64,000 nucleotides of DNA from Candidatus Bathyarchaeota archaeon (GTDB lineage: Archaea; Thermoproteota; Bathyarchaeia; Bathyarchaeales; Bathycorpusculaceae), in contig CAVYES010000005.1 in assembly GCA_963767735.1 (NCBI GenBank), positions 288,001-352,000 on the forward strand, given 5' to 3'. The notes under the pieces are model-generated. The model saw only the letters and a program-made list of their open reading frames with translations, did no database searches and was not told the DNA's origin. The position numbers were made by a program, and so were the translations under genes. Numbering within the stretch: the first letter of the stretch is position 1; the number at the start of each line of letters is the position of its first letter. Positions 10,426 through 20,111 of this stretch are shown here, one piece after another.

Positions 10426-10834
10426 TTGATTATTGCTGGTTTTGATGTGTCTTTTCCAGGCATACTTTATACCATAGTAGGGCTGATTATACTTTGGATA
10501 ATTGTTTCAATTCCTGTTTGGCTTGCTGGAAAAGGCTGTAACTGGAGGAAAAGCAACTTTTGGAGATGCTTTACTGGCAACGCTTGCTGGACCAATTGTC
10601 TACTTTGTCGTTGTTTTTTTGGTGGGCTTTTTCCTTGGAACTGCGGCTTTGGTTTTCGGTTACATTTTGGCGCTTATTGCTTGGATTTGGGTTTTCAAGG
10701 CAAGTTTCCAAACAGGCTGGCTTAGAGCGATTCTGATAGCAATTCTAGCATGAGTCTTCTTTATCGTTTTAAGCATAATAATTGATGCTCTGTTCGGAAT
10801 AGCGTATCCTGCGCCGTTTTTCCCAAAAATCTAG
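10426..10834 (+). pseudogene. Multi-pass membrane protein disrupted by a frameshift (~10533) and an in-frame TGA (10751-10753)
   Basis: ...SIPVWLAGK joins AVTGGKATFGDALL... in another frame; after the TGA the hydrophobic frame continues VFFIVLSIIIDALFGIAYPAPFFPKI*. Confidence 0.7.
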
Positions 10835-10938
10835 AAAAATCATCACTTTAGGAAACACATACTTGGTAAATTAGTTAGTCGGCAATTACGGAAAGAATTA
10901 TATTCCTGATTTTGGTGATGCTAAACTGGTGATTTGTT

Positions 10939-11226
10939 TTGGTGAGCTTTGACAAGCTTTCTGGGAAGTTTGTTATTTGTGCAGGCGGTTTTGACCTAGG
11001 AGAGGTTAATGGGGTAGATATTGACACTAACACTTGGCAAGTTACCCATTTACATGTAAAGTTGTCAAAATCAGCATCTGGGGACCTTGGATTCCAAAAA
11101 AGATTTGGAAGCTCAACTGTATGCGTGCCTATCGCATTGGTTTCTAAAGTTGGAGACAATATATTGTTAAATAAGTGTCTTGATGAATTAAGCAAAAACC
11201 CACAAATTACAGAATGCCCAGGATGA
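10939..11226 (+). CDS. PRC-barrel domain protein
   Basis: L-x-GK-x-V...LGEV-x-G-x-DID...VTHL-x-V pattern; paralogous to 12022-12300. Confidence 0.8.
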   Translation: MVSFDKLSGKFVICAGGFDLGEVNGVDIDTNTWQVTHLHVKLSKSASGDLGFQKRFGSSTVCVPIALVSKVGDNILLNKCLDELSKNPQITECPG

Positions 11227-11416
11227 TAACTAAAGATTGAACCAAATGCTTGCGGAAGGCAACCAGTAGGCGGCGGTGCCCATTGCCTAAAATGCCACAT
11301 CTATTTCTGTTTCGCATCCGTAATTAGTTTAGTCTCGCACTCTCCTTGAGCGAAATTAACTGTTGTTGTTAGCTATCAGTCACATATTCTAGTAAATTTA
11401 AACGAAATTACACGTC

Positions 11417-11677
11417 TTGAGGATGCCGCGCTTGAGCTTCGATTTAGTTAAAAAATGGACGTTTCGATATACCCGTTTCAGCGTGATTGGGACAGCGGTA
11501 TGGGTTGTAAATACTGTTCTATACTTTGCTTTGTTCAGGTTCTTCGGTGAATTAACGTGGTTTATTACTTTATTTACTGGTGTAATGGAGTTTGCGTTGA
11601 TTACTTTCTTTAATAAGACAAGTAAGGGCAATATGTTTGAAGCATCAAAAGAGAATACGTGTGAATATAATATGTAG
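11417..11677 (+). CDS. Two-TM GtrA-like small membrane protein (paralog 1)
   Basis: KKWTFRYTRFSVIG...MEFALITFFNKT; resembles the N-terminal half of GtrA proteins; two paralogs nearby. Confidence 0.7.
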   Translation: MRMPRLSFDLVKKWTFRYTRFSVIGTAVWVVNTVLYFALFRFFGELTWFITLFTGVMEFALITFFNKTSKGNMFEASKENTCEYNM

Positions 11678-12021
11678 TAGATATAGCGGCGTTTCTAACC
11701 GCGCGCCGCGCTTTATTTTTCTTAGCACTAATTGTAGTTAATAACTATGTGTTTCTGTGACATTGCAGTTACAAAACATTGCATGTGCGCTTAATTTAGG
11801 GACAACCACGCGCTTACGGTTTTGTCCAGTATTATGTTTAAACATTAACAAAGCTGAGCTTCCGACAATGCCAATCCACAGCACTTGAAAGCGAAAAAAC
11901 TACTCTATGTATGAACTAAAACTAGGAATTTAAAACGCAGCTACAGAACCCAGCACTTATACTATTCATTAAAAAAAGTTTAGTCAAAAAAAATAAAAAA
12001 ATGGGTTAAACCGCGCTTTTT

Positions 12022-12300
12022 TTACTGACACTCTCGTAAAGTCTTTATTTGTTCGAGAGGGACATTCAAGTTGATTACGTGACCATATGCTTGTACAAGG
12101 TTCAATGGAATGCAAATGTACACGTTCCCCATCATAGGCTTTTTGAATCTCAGTTCTTTTGCCGCTTCCTTCGTCAAGTCAACACGTAGATGTGTTATTG
12201 CTCCCTTGTCAACATCAAATTCGATTCCGTCGATTTCACCAAGTGCGTAAGCATCAGTGGTCACAACGCTTTTCCCGTATAAATCTTTCAAATTTGTCAA
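12022..12300 (-). CDS. PRC-barrel domain protein
   Basis: LYGKSVVTTDAYALGEIDGIEFDVDKGAITHLRV pattern. Confidence 0.82.
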   Translation of the reverse strand: MTNLKDLYGKSVVTTDAYALGEIDGIEFDVDKGAITHLRVDLTKEAAKELRFKKPMMGNVYICIPLNLVQAYGHVINLNVPLEQIKTLRECQ

Positions 12301-12409
12301 AAAATTAAACCTCCGTACTAGAAAGAAACTTATTCTAGCAATAAAAGTTTTCGGATATTCTCATGGGCAAACTTTGAGCTCGCAATATGTCGGTGAGGCT
12401 TTTTATTTA

Positions 12410-12616
12410 TCAATGTTGAGGCAGTATTTTCTCGAATATAAACCATCCGAGAAGGCTTAAGCCTACGAATGATCCTGCTCCCAAAAGAGCGGCTACTCCT
12501 AAATTGTTATGGTATGTACTTACCAAAACAACAGCAACAATAACTACAAAAACAAAGTATCCAATTTCAGATATTCTTATCCAATGATTCGAAGACAATC
12601 CACCAGCCTCCAACAT
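12410..12616 (-). CDS. Small two-TM membrane hypothetical protein
   Basis: Two hydrophobic segments in 68 aa. Confidence 0.5.
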   Translation of the reverse strand: MLEAGGLSSNHWIRISEIGYFVFVVIVAVVLVSTYHNNLGVAALLGAGSFVGLSLLGWFIFEKILPQH

Positions 12617-12933
12617 ACTAAGTTAAGTTGACATGATGTTTATTAATTTAGCCATGAAAAAATTCCCAAAAATTTTGTGCTTTTTCGTGATTTTTTCTAA
12701 CTAACTCTACCTTGACTTAAGATATATAGAAGAGAAAACCACCTAAAAGTTTATAGCTAGATTAGAACAATAATAACATAGTGACCAAAAATGAGTAAAG
12801 AATTAAGTAATAAGAAATTACTAAGCCCCTAAGGCTGGAACAGCGACATCATCTCCTCATTCTTAAAACTGCATCCCCGTTTAATATGAACATTATCAAC
12901 ATACACTGGAACAAGTTTTTGAGTGTGATAAAC

Positions 12934-13195
12934 ATGGGTAAGCCATCTGAGAAGAGTTTTGAAGAAAGAGCAAACAAGTGGATTATACGCTTCATCAAAT
13001 TCAATATTGTTTGGATTCATCGTTTTTCTAATCGGAACCGCCGTCTTCGCGTTTGCTTTCAGCACTTTTGGCGAGTGGACTTGGTTAGTAGCCAGCGGAA
13101 CCGGAGGCATATTGCAGTTTTCCTTAATCAGCTACTTAAACACAACAAAGAGAGGAAAAATATTCGACAGCTGCGAGCAGAGAAGAGTAGACTAA
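12934..13195 (+). pseudogene. GtrA-like small membrane protein (paralog 2), frameshifted at ~13011
   Basis: MGKPSEKSFEERANKWIIRFIKFNIV joins GFIVFLIGTAV...LQFSLISYLNTTKRGKIFDSC after removing one T from GTTTGG; the joined product aligns with the two intact paralogs. Confidence 0.75.
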
Positions 13196-13356
13196 ATTCT
13201 GATATTTATTCTTGATAAACTGATTGACGATTGGAAAGGACCGATTAGATAAACCATAGGTGAGAGGCATACTCGCGCTATAAAAACGATATTAATGCTG
13301 ATTTAGTTAAATCTGGGTGTCTGGTAAGTGTTCGTTACAAGAGAGATAATTATTTG

Positions 13357-13623
13357 TTATTTGGACACTCCTGTTGATTTACTATCGTGTGGAGTGCAGC
13401 TGTCAAATATTACGCCTTTCTTAGTCTTGTTAAAGTAACTGATTAATGCAAACTCGATAATTCCACCATTCACGCTAACGACAATATAGGATACTTCTCC
13501 TAAAAAAGGGAAGAGAAATACATAATAAAGAACGATGTTTAGTAAGAAAACGGTTAAGCCTATGACGTTGTATTTTATGTAACGCCAAGTCCATTTTTTG
13601 AATATGTCTTTGAGTTTGCTCAT
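13357..13623 (-). CDS. Two-TM GtrA-like small membrane protein (paralog 3)
   Basis: KKWTWRYIKYNVIG...IIEFALISYFNKTKKGVIFDSC. Confidence 0.72.
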   Translation of the reverse strand: MSKLKDIFKKWTWRYIKYNVIGLTVFLLNIVLYYVFLFPFLGEVSYIVVSVNGGIIEFALISYFNKTKKGVIFDSCTPHDSKSTGVSK

Positions 13624-13824
13624 TCCGTTTTCTCTTCTCCTATCGCGAATTAAGCGTTAATATTATGATACGGGTTCCCTCATCGAGAGTTTTGCCATAA
13701 AGCTCGTCACAACTTAAGATTTTGCCCAATAAATGAGCTTTCAGAAATCAGAATATGAATTAATAATGTTCTTTTTTATTTAAATCCTAAATTCGGATAT
13801 CTATTTTACTAAACTGACTGAAAA

Positions 13825-14043
13825 ATGAAAGGCAGAGTCTCGAAGGATTTTCTTGAAACATGCTTTTCCATCTCGAGTTTCAAAGCGATTGGGGTTCAGA
13901 GGCGCGAGAATGATTTTGAAGGCAACAAAACACAATACAGCGATTTTAAAAACTACTGCAAAGAATACGACTTTCAATTATGTGTAATTGGCAAAAACGG
14001 AAAACCAAACCCAATCGACCCAGAAACATTAACAAAAAAATAA
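13825..14043 (+). CDS. Small hypothetical protein
   Basis: 72-aa ATG ORF, convergent with 14080-14268. Confidence 0.4.
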   Translation: MKGRVSKDFLETCFSISSFKAIGVQRRENDFEGNKTQYSDFKNYCKEYDFQLCVIGKNGKPNPIDPETLTKK

Positions 14044-14079
14044 AACAGTGAAAAAAGAGAAACAGATTTACGGAAATTT

Positions 14080-14268
14080 TTAAACAACGTATTGGATGGG
14101 CGCGACGAAAAACTGCGTGTTTTCCACAAGTTCCTTTTGGGCGTGGTCAAAAAGCCATTGTGAGAGCTTTTGGCATCCGCTGGGATTACAGGAGAAACTT
14201 TTTGCCTTTGCATCCCACTTCTTGCAGGCAGAACAGGGAATTTCTGAATTGCTACCTATCGCAACCAT
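14080..14268 (-). CDS. Small Cys-rich (putative Zn-binding) protein
   Basis: CSAC...CNPSGC, four cysteines in 62 aa. Confidence 0.55.
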   Translation of the reverse strand: MVAIGSNSEIPCSACKKWDAKAKSFSCNPSGCQKLSQWLFDHAQKELVENTQFFVAPIQYVV

Positions 14269-14467
14269 GAATACATAGCAGGGATAAAATTGATTTATCA
14301 GTTATGAAGCAGCAATTAAGAGTACTTATACAGCTTAAAACTCAACTAAACCCAAAAACCTAAGCCTACCTCGCTCGCAAGCAAAGGCCGTGATATCAGC
14401 CCTCAGATCAAAATCATCAATAACCGAAACTTTTTTTTGTAACTATAGTGCCTCTTTGAGTTTTCCT

Positions 14468-14562
14468 TTCCATTTTGAACTGCCATCGGATCAACTTTGG
14501 AACCTAAGTATTGTTGTTTTTCTCAGGTTTCATTGAAAAATTACTTTTCCAGTAATTGGCTT
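14468..14562 (-). pseudogene. Truncated relic of the tandem-AbrB (MraZ-like) gene family
   Basis: Reverse strand reads (AAG)PITGKVIF...VPKLIRWQFKME, versus MPLTEKVSF...IPKLIRWRFKME of 29911-30189; start codon lost, internal stops present. Confidence 0.75.
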
Positions 14563-14580
14563 GTGGAATACCTTGCCGCG

Positions 14581-14662
14581 TCTCATTTTCTTTACCTTCT
14601 TTACTCAACCGCAACAAATCAAACTCTAAGCCAAGAAAGTTACCAAGACAGCGTGTCAAAAA
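14581..14662 (-). repeat. Degenerate leader + decamer-array copy (G)
   Basis: Reverse strand TTTTTGACACGCTGTCTTGG...TTGGCTTAGAGTTTGATTTGTTGCGGTTGA then GTAAAGAAG GTAAAGAAAA; about 58-bp leader. Confidence 0.5.
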
Positions 14663-14720
14663 ATGGCAACGCATCTGCTATTATTCTTTCAGGAAAGAAC
14701 AAAGTGGGCTCTACAGCGAT

Positions 14721-14861
14721 GCTTTTGATTTTCTTGACTTTTCTTGACGTTTACCAACTTTTTTTTGACTTATTTCGACTTTTATCGACTTTTATTGACT
14801 CAACCTGCAAAAATTTCAGGCTTTGGTTCAAAAAACCAACCCAAAACAACAAGAACAAAAA
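14721..14861 (-). repeat. 62-bp leader + ~8 x 10-bp GTCRA array (copy A)
   Basis: Reverse complement closely matches 62336-62475; + strand GAC at 14797, 14787, 14777, 14767, 14746 and 14736. Confidence 0.9.
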
Positions 14862-14940
14862 TTATCCGATTTTGCTTTTCTCACTCGAACGGTTTAATAA
14901 AAACGCGCACAGTAAATAATTGTAACAGGAGATTCAATTT

Positions 14941-17013
14941 TTGCATTCACAACAAAAAAATAAACCAAACAGGCTGGTTAACGAAAAAAGCCCTTATCTT
15001 CTTCAGCACGCTTACAACCCCGTTGACTGGTTTCCTTGGGGTCAAGAGGCCCTCGATAAAGCGAAAGCTGAAGACAAACCAATTTTCCTCAGCATCGGCT
15101 ACGCCAGCTGCCACTGGTGTCACGTCATGGAAGAGGAATGCTTCAGCGACCAGCAAGTAGCAGACCTGCTCAACCAATCGTTTGTCTGCATTAAAGTTGA
15201 CCGCGAAGAACGTCCCGACTTAGACGCCGCCTACATGGCTGTTTGTCAAGCTATGGGCAGAAACTGCGGCTGGCCACTCAACATACTCATAACACCCAAG
15301 CTTAACCCGTTTTTCGCCGCAAGCTACATACCAAAATACAGCGGACGAGGCTTAACGGGTATGTTGGATCTTGTTCCTCAAGTCATGCAAATATGGAAAC
15401 TGCAACGTCCACAACTAGAAATTGTTGGAGTAGACATCAAAAGCCGCATAGAAGCAATGGAAAAAAGAACCCCTCAGAAAGAACTTGGTAAAGAAACTCT
15501 GCAAGACGCCTACGACCGCTTAACACTTGACTTTGACAGGGAAAACGGAGGTTTTGGCACGGCACCCAAATTTCCAAGACCCCACACGCTCCTTTTCCTA
15601 TTACATTATTATGCGAAAACAGACCAAAAAAACGCCCTTTTTATGGTTGAAAAAACGCTAACGCAAATGCGCCTAGGAGGCATATTCGACCAGTTAGGCT
15701 TCGGCTTCCACCGCTACAGCACCGACGAAAAATGGTTAGTTCCTCACTTTGAAAAAATGCTCTACGATCAAGCACTAATCGCAATAGCTTACATGGAAGC
15801 TTTTCAGGCAACAGGCGCCAAACGCTATGCACTCGCCTGTAAAGAAACCCTGGATTACACCCTCCGAGATTTAGCGGCTCCCCAAGGAGGATTTTACTCG
15901 GCGCAGGATGCCGATACAGAAGGCGAAGAAGGCAAATTCTACCTTTGGACCATGGACGAAGTGCTCGACACGTTGCCTCCTGCCGACGCTGAATTGGCCG
16001 TCCACATTTACGGGCTAAAACCAGAAGGCAACTTTATTGATCCTTCCGGACGGTCCAACGGCAAAAATATCCTCAAAATCGCCGAACCCTTAGAGGAGCT
16101 TGCACCATACATGGGTTTAACACTGCAAGAACTCATCGACCGCCTGCACACCATAAGAGAAGCGCTTTTCGAGGCAAGAAAAAAACGGGTGCCTCCAGCA
16201 ATAGATGATAAAGTGTTAACTGACTGGAACGGCTTAATGATTGCTGCTCTGGCAAAAGCGGGCAGGGTTCCAAACGAAGCAAAGTACATTGAAGCCGCAG
16301 AGAAAACTGCTGACTTCATCCTGAACCAAATGCTAAAAGATGGCATGCTCTATCACCGCTACACAAAAGGTGAAACAGCCGTGGAAGGCTTCCTAGACGA
16401 CTACGCCTTCTTTGTATATGGGCTAATCGAGCTCTACGAGGCAACCTTCGAAGACAAATACGTCACAGCTGCATCCGCTTTAACCAAGACCATGCTGGCT
16501 AAATTTTGGGATGAAAAAAACGGCGGATTCTTCCAAACGCAAAACAGTGAAGCTGCCATGCCAAAAATAAAGCAACTATACGACGGCGCAACTCCATCAG
16601 GTAACTCAGTTGCGTTACATGACCTGCTATGGCTGAGCCGCTTAACAGATGAACCCACATATAACACCGTGGCAATTCAAATAAGTAAAACATTCGCGCA
16701 AGAAGTCGAGGGTGCTCCTGAAGCGTACACGTTCTTTCTTTCTGCAACGAACTTTCTGATAGCCTCCTACAGCGTGATCTTAGTCGGCGATTTAAAGGAA
16801 AAAGATACACAAGAAATCCTAAATGTACTGAGGAAGAACTACCTGCCAACCACAGTTATATCGCTTAAATATCCAAGCGAAACAGGCTTAGGCTACCAGC
16901 AAATCGAAGGAAAAGCAACCGCCTACGTATGCCAAGACCAAACATGTCTCCCACCCACCAACAGTCTAATGCAAGTTCTAGAACAACTCGGAGTGAAAGG
17001 AGAAAAACGTTAA
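14941..17013 (+). CDS. yyaL: YyaL/SSP411 (SPATA20-like) thioredoxin-domain protein
   Basis: [51 protein letters not shown]. Confidence 0.93.
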   Translation: MHSQQKNKPNRLVNEKSPYLLQHAYNPVDWFPWGQEALDKAKAEDKPIFLSIGYASCHWCHVMEEECFSDQQVADLLNQSFVCIKVDREERPDLDAAYMAVCQAMGRNCGWPLNILITPKLNPFFAASYIPKYSGRGLTGMLDLVPQVMQIWKLQRPQLEIVGVDIKSRIEAMEKRTPQKELGKETLQDAYDRLTLDFDRENGGFGTAPKFPRPHTLLFLLHYYAKTDQKNALFMVEKTLTQMRLGGIFDQLGFGFHRYSTDEKWLVPHFEKMLYDQALIAIAYMEAFQATGAKRYALACKETLDYTLRDLAAPQGGFYSAQDADTEGEEGKFYLWTMDEVLDTLPPADAELAVHIYGLKPEGNFIDPSGRSNGKNILKIAEPLEELAPYMGLTLQELIDRLHTIREALFEARKKRVPPAIDDKVLTDWNGLMIAALAKAGRVPNEAKYIEAAEKTADFILNQMLKDGMLYHRYTKGETAVEGFLDDYAFFVYGLIELYEATFEDKYVTAASALTKTMLAKFWDEKNGGFFQTQNSEAAMPKIKQLYDGATPSGNSVALHDLLWLSRLTDEPTYNTVAIQISKTFAQEVEGAPEAYTFFLSATNFLIASYSVILVGDLKEKDTQEILNVLRKNYLPTTVISLKYPSETGLGYQQIEGKATAYVCQDQTCLPPTNSLMQVLEQLGVKGEKR

Positions 17014-17125
17014 ATTTTTGCGTACAAACCTAAAGGAAAAAAATTAAATCAAAAACAGGAATTGTTTATATATTACCGCTTGGTTGTTGAAACATAGTTG
17101 TATTTGGAAATGGAAGATGATTAAA

Positions 17126-17416
17126 ATGCAAACATGTCCCTATTGTGGCGCGACCGTTCCTGAGGGCGCAATTGCTTGTGGTAAATGCGGCGCTTCGTTA
17201 GTTTCCTCGCAGCCTCAAACGTCTACAACATTTCAGTCACAAAGCAATTCATCTGATCAATCTTCAGGTTCTAGTTCCACTTCGTGGTCAGGCGGAAATT
17301 ATGATTCGGAATTGTCAACTCGGCTTCAAAAAGCCATGAGAAGAAACGAGTTATTGAGCTACGCGATTGTTGCTTTAATAATAGTTCTGTTCGTTTTGTT
17401 ATTGACCGGGTTATAA
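17126..17416 (+). CDS. Zinc-ribbon protein with Ser-rich linker and C-terminal TM helix
   Basis: CPYCG...CGKCG at the N-terminus; hydrophobic C-terminus. Confidence 0.75.
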   Translation: MQTCPYCGATVPEGAIACGKCGASLVSSQPQTSTTFQSQSNSSDQSSGSSSTSWSGGNYDSELSTRLQKAMRRNELLSYAIVALIIVLFVLLLTGL

Positions 17417-17438
17417 AGAATTGAAAACTACTGATTAG

Positions 17439-17558
17439 ATGGAGAAATCAAAAATGGAAAATTCCTTAGAAAATACGGTTAAAAGATTAGAAACGACAAA
17501 TAAGATACTCATCGTCGCAGTAGTTATCTTAGTTGTACTTATCGTTCTAATCATATAG
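17439..17558 (+). CDS. 39-aa tail-anchored microprotein (not in ORF track)
   Basis: MEKSKMENSLENTVKRLETTNKILIVAVVILVVLIVLII*; similar layout to the C-terminus of the upstream gene. Confidence 0.5.
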   Translation: MEKSKMENSLENTVKRLETTNKILIVAVVILVVLIVLII

Positions 17559-17645
17559 CCAGCCGCCGCATGTAAAAAAACATCGGAACGCTGCAGAAAG
17601 CTAGCCAGCAAGCTTTCTTTTAATTTAACTTTAGTCAGCTTAAAT

Positions 17646-19053
17646 CTAAATCTTGTCTAAGTTGAATTCTTCGTGGATTGCTCGAACTACAGCTGTGCCG
17701 TCTTTTTCTTTGACAACGAATGAAATGTTTAGTTCTGAGCTGCCTTGTGCGATCATACGTATGTTTATCCCTTTTTTTGCGACCGTAGTGAAGATTTTGG
17801 AGGCTACTCCTAAGGTTCCTTTCATGTTGGCTCCCATTACAGCTATTACGGCAACGTCGTCTTCTGCTGTAACTTCGCTGACTAAACCGCCTCTGTCCAG
17901 CAAAGCAATTTCAAGGTTACTAATAGCTCGGCCTAAAAGTCCTCGGCGAATAATCATTGAGATGTTCGCTTCCGAAACCGCGGTGGAAATCATCATGACG
18001 TTAATGTTGTTTTTGCCCAGTACATCAAAGACTCTAGCGTAGCTGCCGGGGGCTCCTACCATTCCTGCGCCGTTAACGTTCAGCATGGCTACGTCTTTTA
18101 TAATTGCCACGGCTTTAACGACTTCCTTTGAATTTCCATCTGGTTCTTTTGTTATCAGTGTCCCTTGGTTTTCGGGGTGGAAAATGCTGCGTATTCTCAC
18201 AGGAATGCCTTCTTTTATTACTGGTTCAAGAGCGCGAGGGTGCATGGCTTTGGCGCCGAAAATCGCCATTTCAGCCGCTTCCTGATAGCTGAGCTGGGGA
18301 AGCATTTTGGCTAACGGAACAATTTTTGGGTCAGTAGTCATTATGCCATCGACGTCGGTCCATATCCAGACTTCATCAGCACCTAAACCAACCCCTAAAA
18401 TAGTGGCGGTATAATCTGAGCCACCCCGCCCAACGGTGGTGACAATGCCATCTTGATTTGCTGCAATAAATCCAGTTACAACGGGGATAACGTTTTTTTC
18501 CAGCAGTGGTACAAGACGTTCTCGGATGAGATGAGTGGTGATAATTCATCAGTGGATCGGCTTCACCGAAGTTGGAGTCGGTGACAATCCCTGCTTCTTT
18601 GCCTGTGAACCATTGAGCCTCAAACCCTTTGTCTTTTATGGCACCCCAAACAATAGGCGCAGATAATCGCTCGCCAAAAGAAACCACATAATCTTTAGAT
18701 TTTGGAGTGAGTTCGCCAACATAGCAGATGCCTGTTAAAACTTTCTCCAGTTCAGCAATTGTTTTCTCAATGGTCTCAGTAACTTCTTTTTGCAACTGTT
18801 TGCTGTTAATTGCGGTTGAGATTGTCTCTAAATGTTTGTTCAGTAATTCTTTGGTAAAGGTTTGGATGTGTTTTTCGTCGCTTTTTTTGGCCAGTTCAGC
18901 AACTTCAATTAGGCTATTGGTTACACCTGCTAGAGCTGAAACAACCACGGTAACGTTGTCTTTTTGAGCGTTTTTGATGACCAGGTCGGCTACATGACGT
19001 ATGTTTTCGCTCGTACCAACACTGGTGCCGCCGAACTTCATCACGATTTTCAT
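17646..19053 (-). pseudogene. lysC: Aspartate kinase, split by a 1-nt frameshift at ~18540
   Basis: N-part MKFGGTSV, VVVSA, SFGERLS; removing one base after PLMNY restores TTHLIRERL...VVTGF...GRGGSDYTA...WTDVDG and two ACT domains. Confidence 0.9.
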
Positions 19054-19055
19054 TT

Positions 19056-20111
19056 TTAGGACTCCAAATTGTTATTTAAAATTCGATCTGCTAATTTATG
19101 TCTTATATCTAATAGGTCTCTTAAAACTGCACTGGCAGTTTCAATTCCGCCTGCACCTCTACCGATGAGTGTTTGTTCTGCAGCATACTCCGTAGAGAAG
19201 GTTATTGCGTTTAATACACCGCTGACGCACAGGGGGTTGTTTTTAGCTATTTCCGTGGGTTTAACAGATGTTGTATTGCCGTCTATTGAACCAATGAGCT
19301 TGATCGTGTTACCCCTCTTTGAAGCCTCATCAAGCGCTTGCAGCGATACGTCGCGGATGCCTGTTCTATCAACGTCTTTTAAGGTTATTTTCTTGTTTAA
19401 TATCCAGTTCGACAGAATGACGACTTTGCAGGCAGTATCAAACCCGTCAATATCCATTGACGGCTCTTTCTCAGCGTAACCAAGCTTTTGCGCATTTGCT
19501 AGCGCTTTCTGGAAGGTCACGCGGTTTTGAGACATTTCAGTTAGTATATAGTTAGTTGTGCCGTTCAGTATACCACGTATGGCTAGGATTTTGTCTCCTG
19601 CAAGGCATCGTTTCGCAAACTCTAGCATTGGTGTTCCACCGCCGACAGTTCCGCTGAATCTCAGGTAAACATTGTTATATTCAGCCAACTCCGTAAGGGC
19701 TGGCATCGCTAGGGCCAATGGACCTTTATTGGTTGTGACCACATGTTTCCCTGTTTTAAACGCTTTAGTAATGTGTGAGAGGGCTGGCTCACCGTTTTTG
19801 ATATTGACAGGCGTAACTTCTACAACCACTTCTGCTTCAACTGACTCAATAACATCTAACGCAGGTATTCCTGGGTGCCCAAACTCCGGGTCGGCGGATA
19901 TTGGATAACCCCGTTTCTTAATCTCTTCTAACTTTTCAGGGCTCAGACCTTTTGGGTTTATAACAGCGCCGTCAATATCGGCGATGGCAACGATTTTTGG
20001 GTTAAACCCGTAATCCTTAACCTTTTCTGCATATCCGCGAGCAAGAATTGTTGTTACGCCCTTCCCGACTACGCCATAGCCAACTAAGATAATCCTCATT
20101 TTCATGTTCAC
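19056..20111 (-). CDS. hom: Homoserine dehydrogenase
   Basis: GYGVVG Rossmann motif, VVTTNKGP, GTVGGGTP, GILNGTTNYIL, GRGAGG. Confidence 0.95.
   Translation of the reverse strand: MNMKMRIILVGYGVVGKGVTTILARGYAEKVKDYGFNPKIVAIADIDGAVINPKGLSPEKLEEIKKRGYPISADPEFGHPGIPALDVIESVEAEVVVEVTPVNIKNGEPALSHITKAFKTGKHVVTTNKGPLALAMPALTELAEYNNVYLRFSGTVGGGTPMLEFAKRCLAGDKILAIRGILNGTTNYILTEMSQNRVTFQKALANAQKLGYAEKEPSMDIDGFDTACKVVILSNWILNKKITLKDVDRTGIRDVSLQALDEASKRGNTIKLIGSIDGNTTSVKPTEIAKNNPLCVSGVLNAITFSTEYAAEQTLIGRGAGGIETASAVLRDLLDIRHKLADRILNNNLES

Noticed and set aside
14497-15160. ORFs 14497-14919, 14556-14747 and 14744-15160
   Set aside because: They are translations of the leader/array repeats or alternative frames of yyaL
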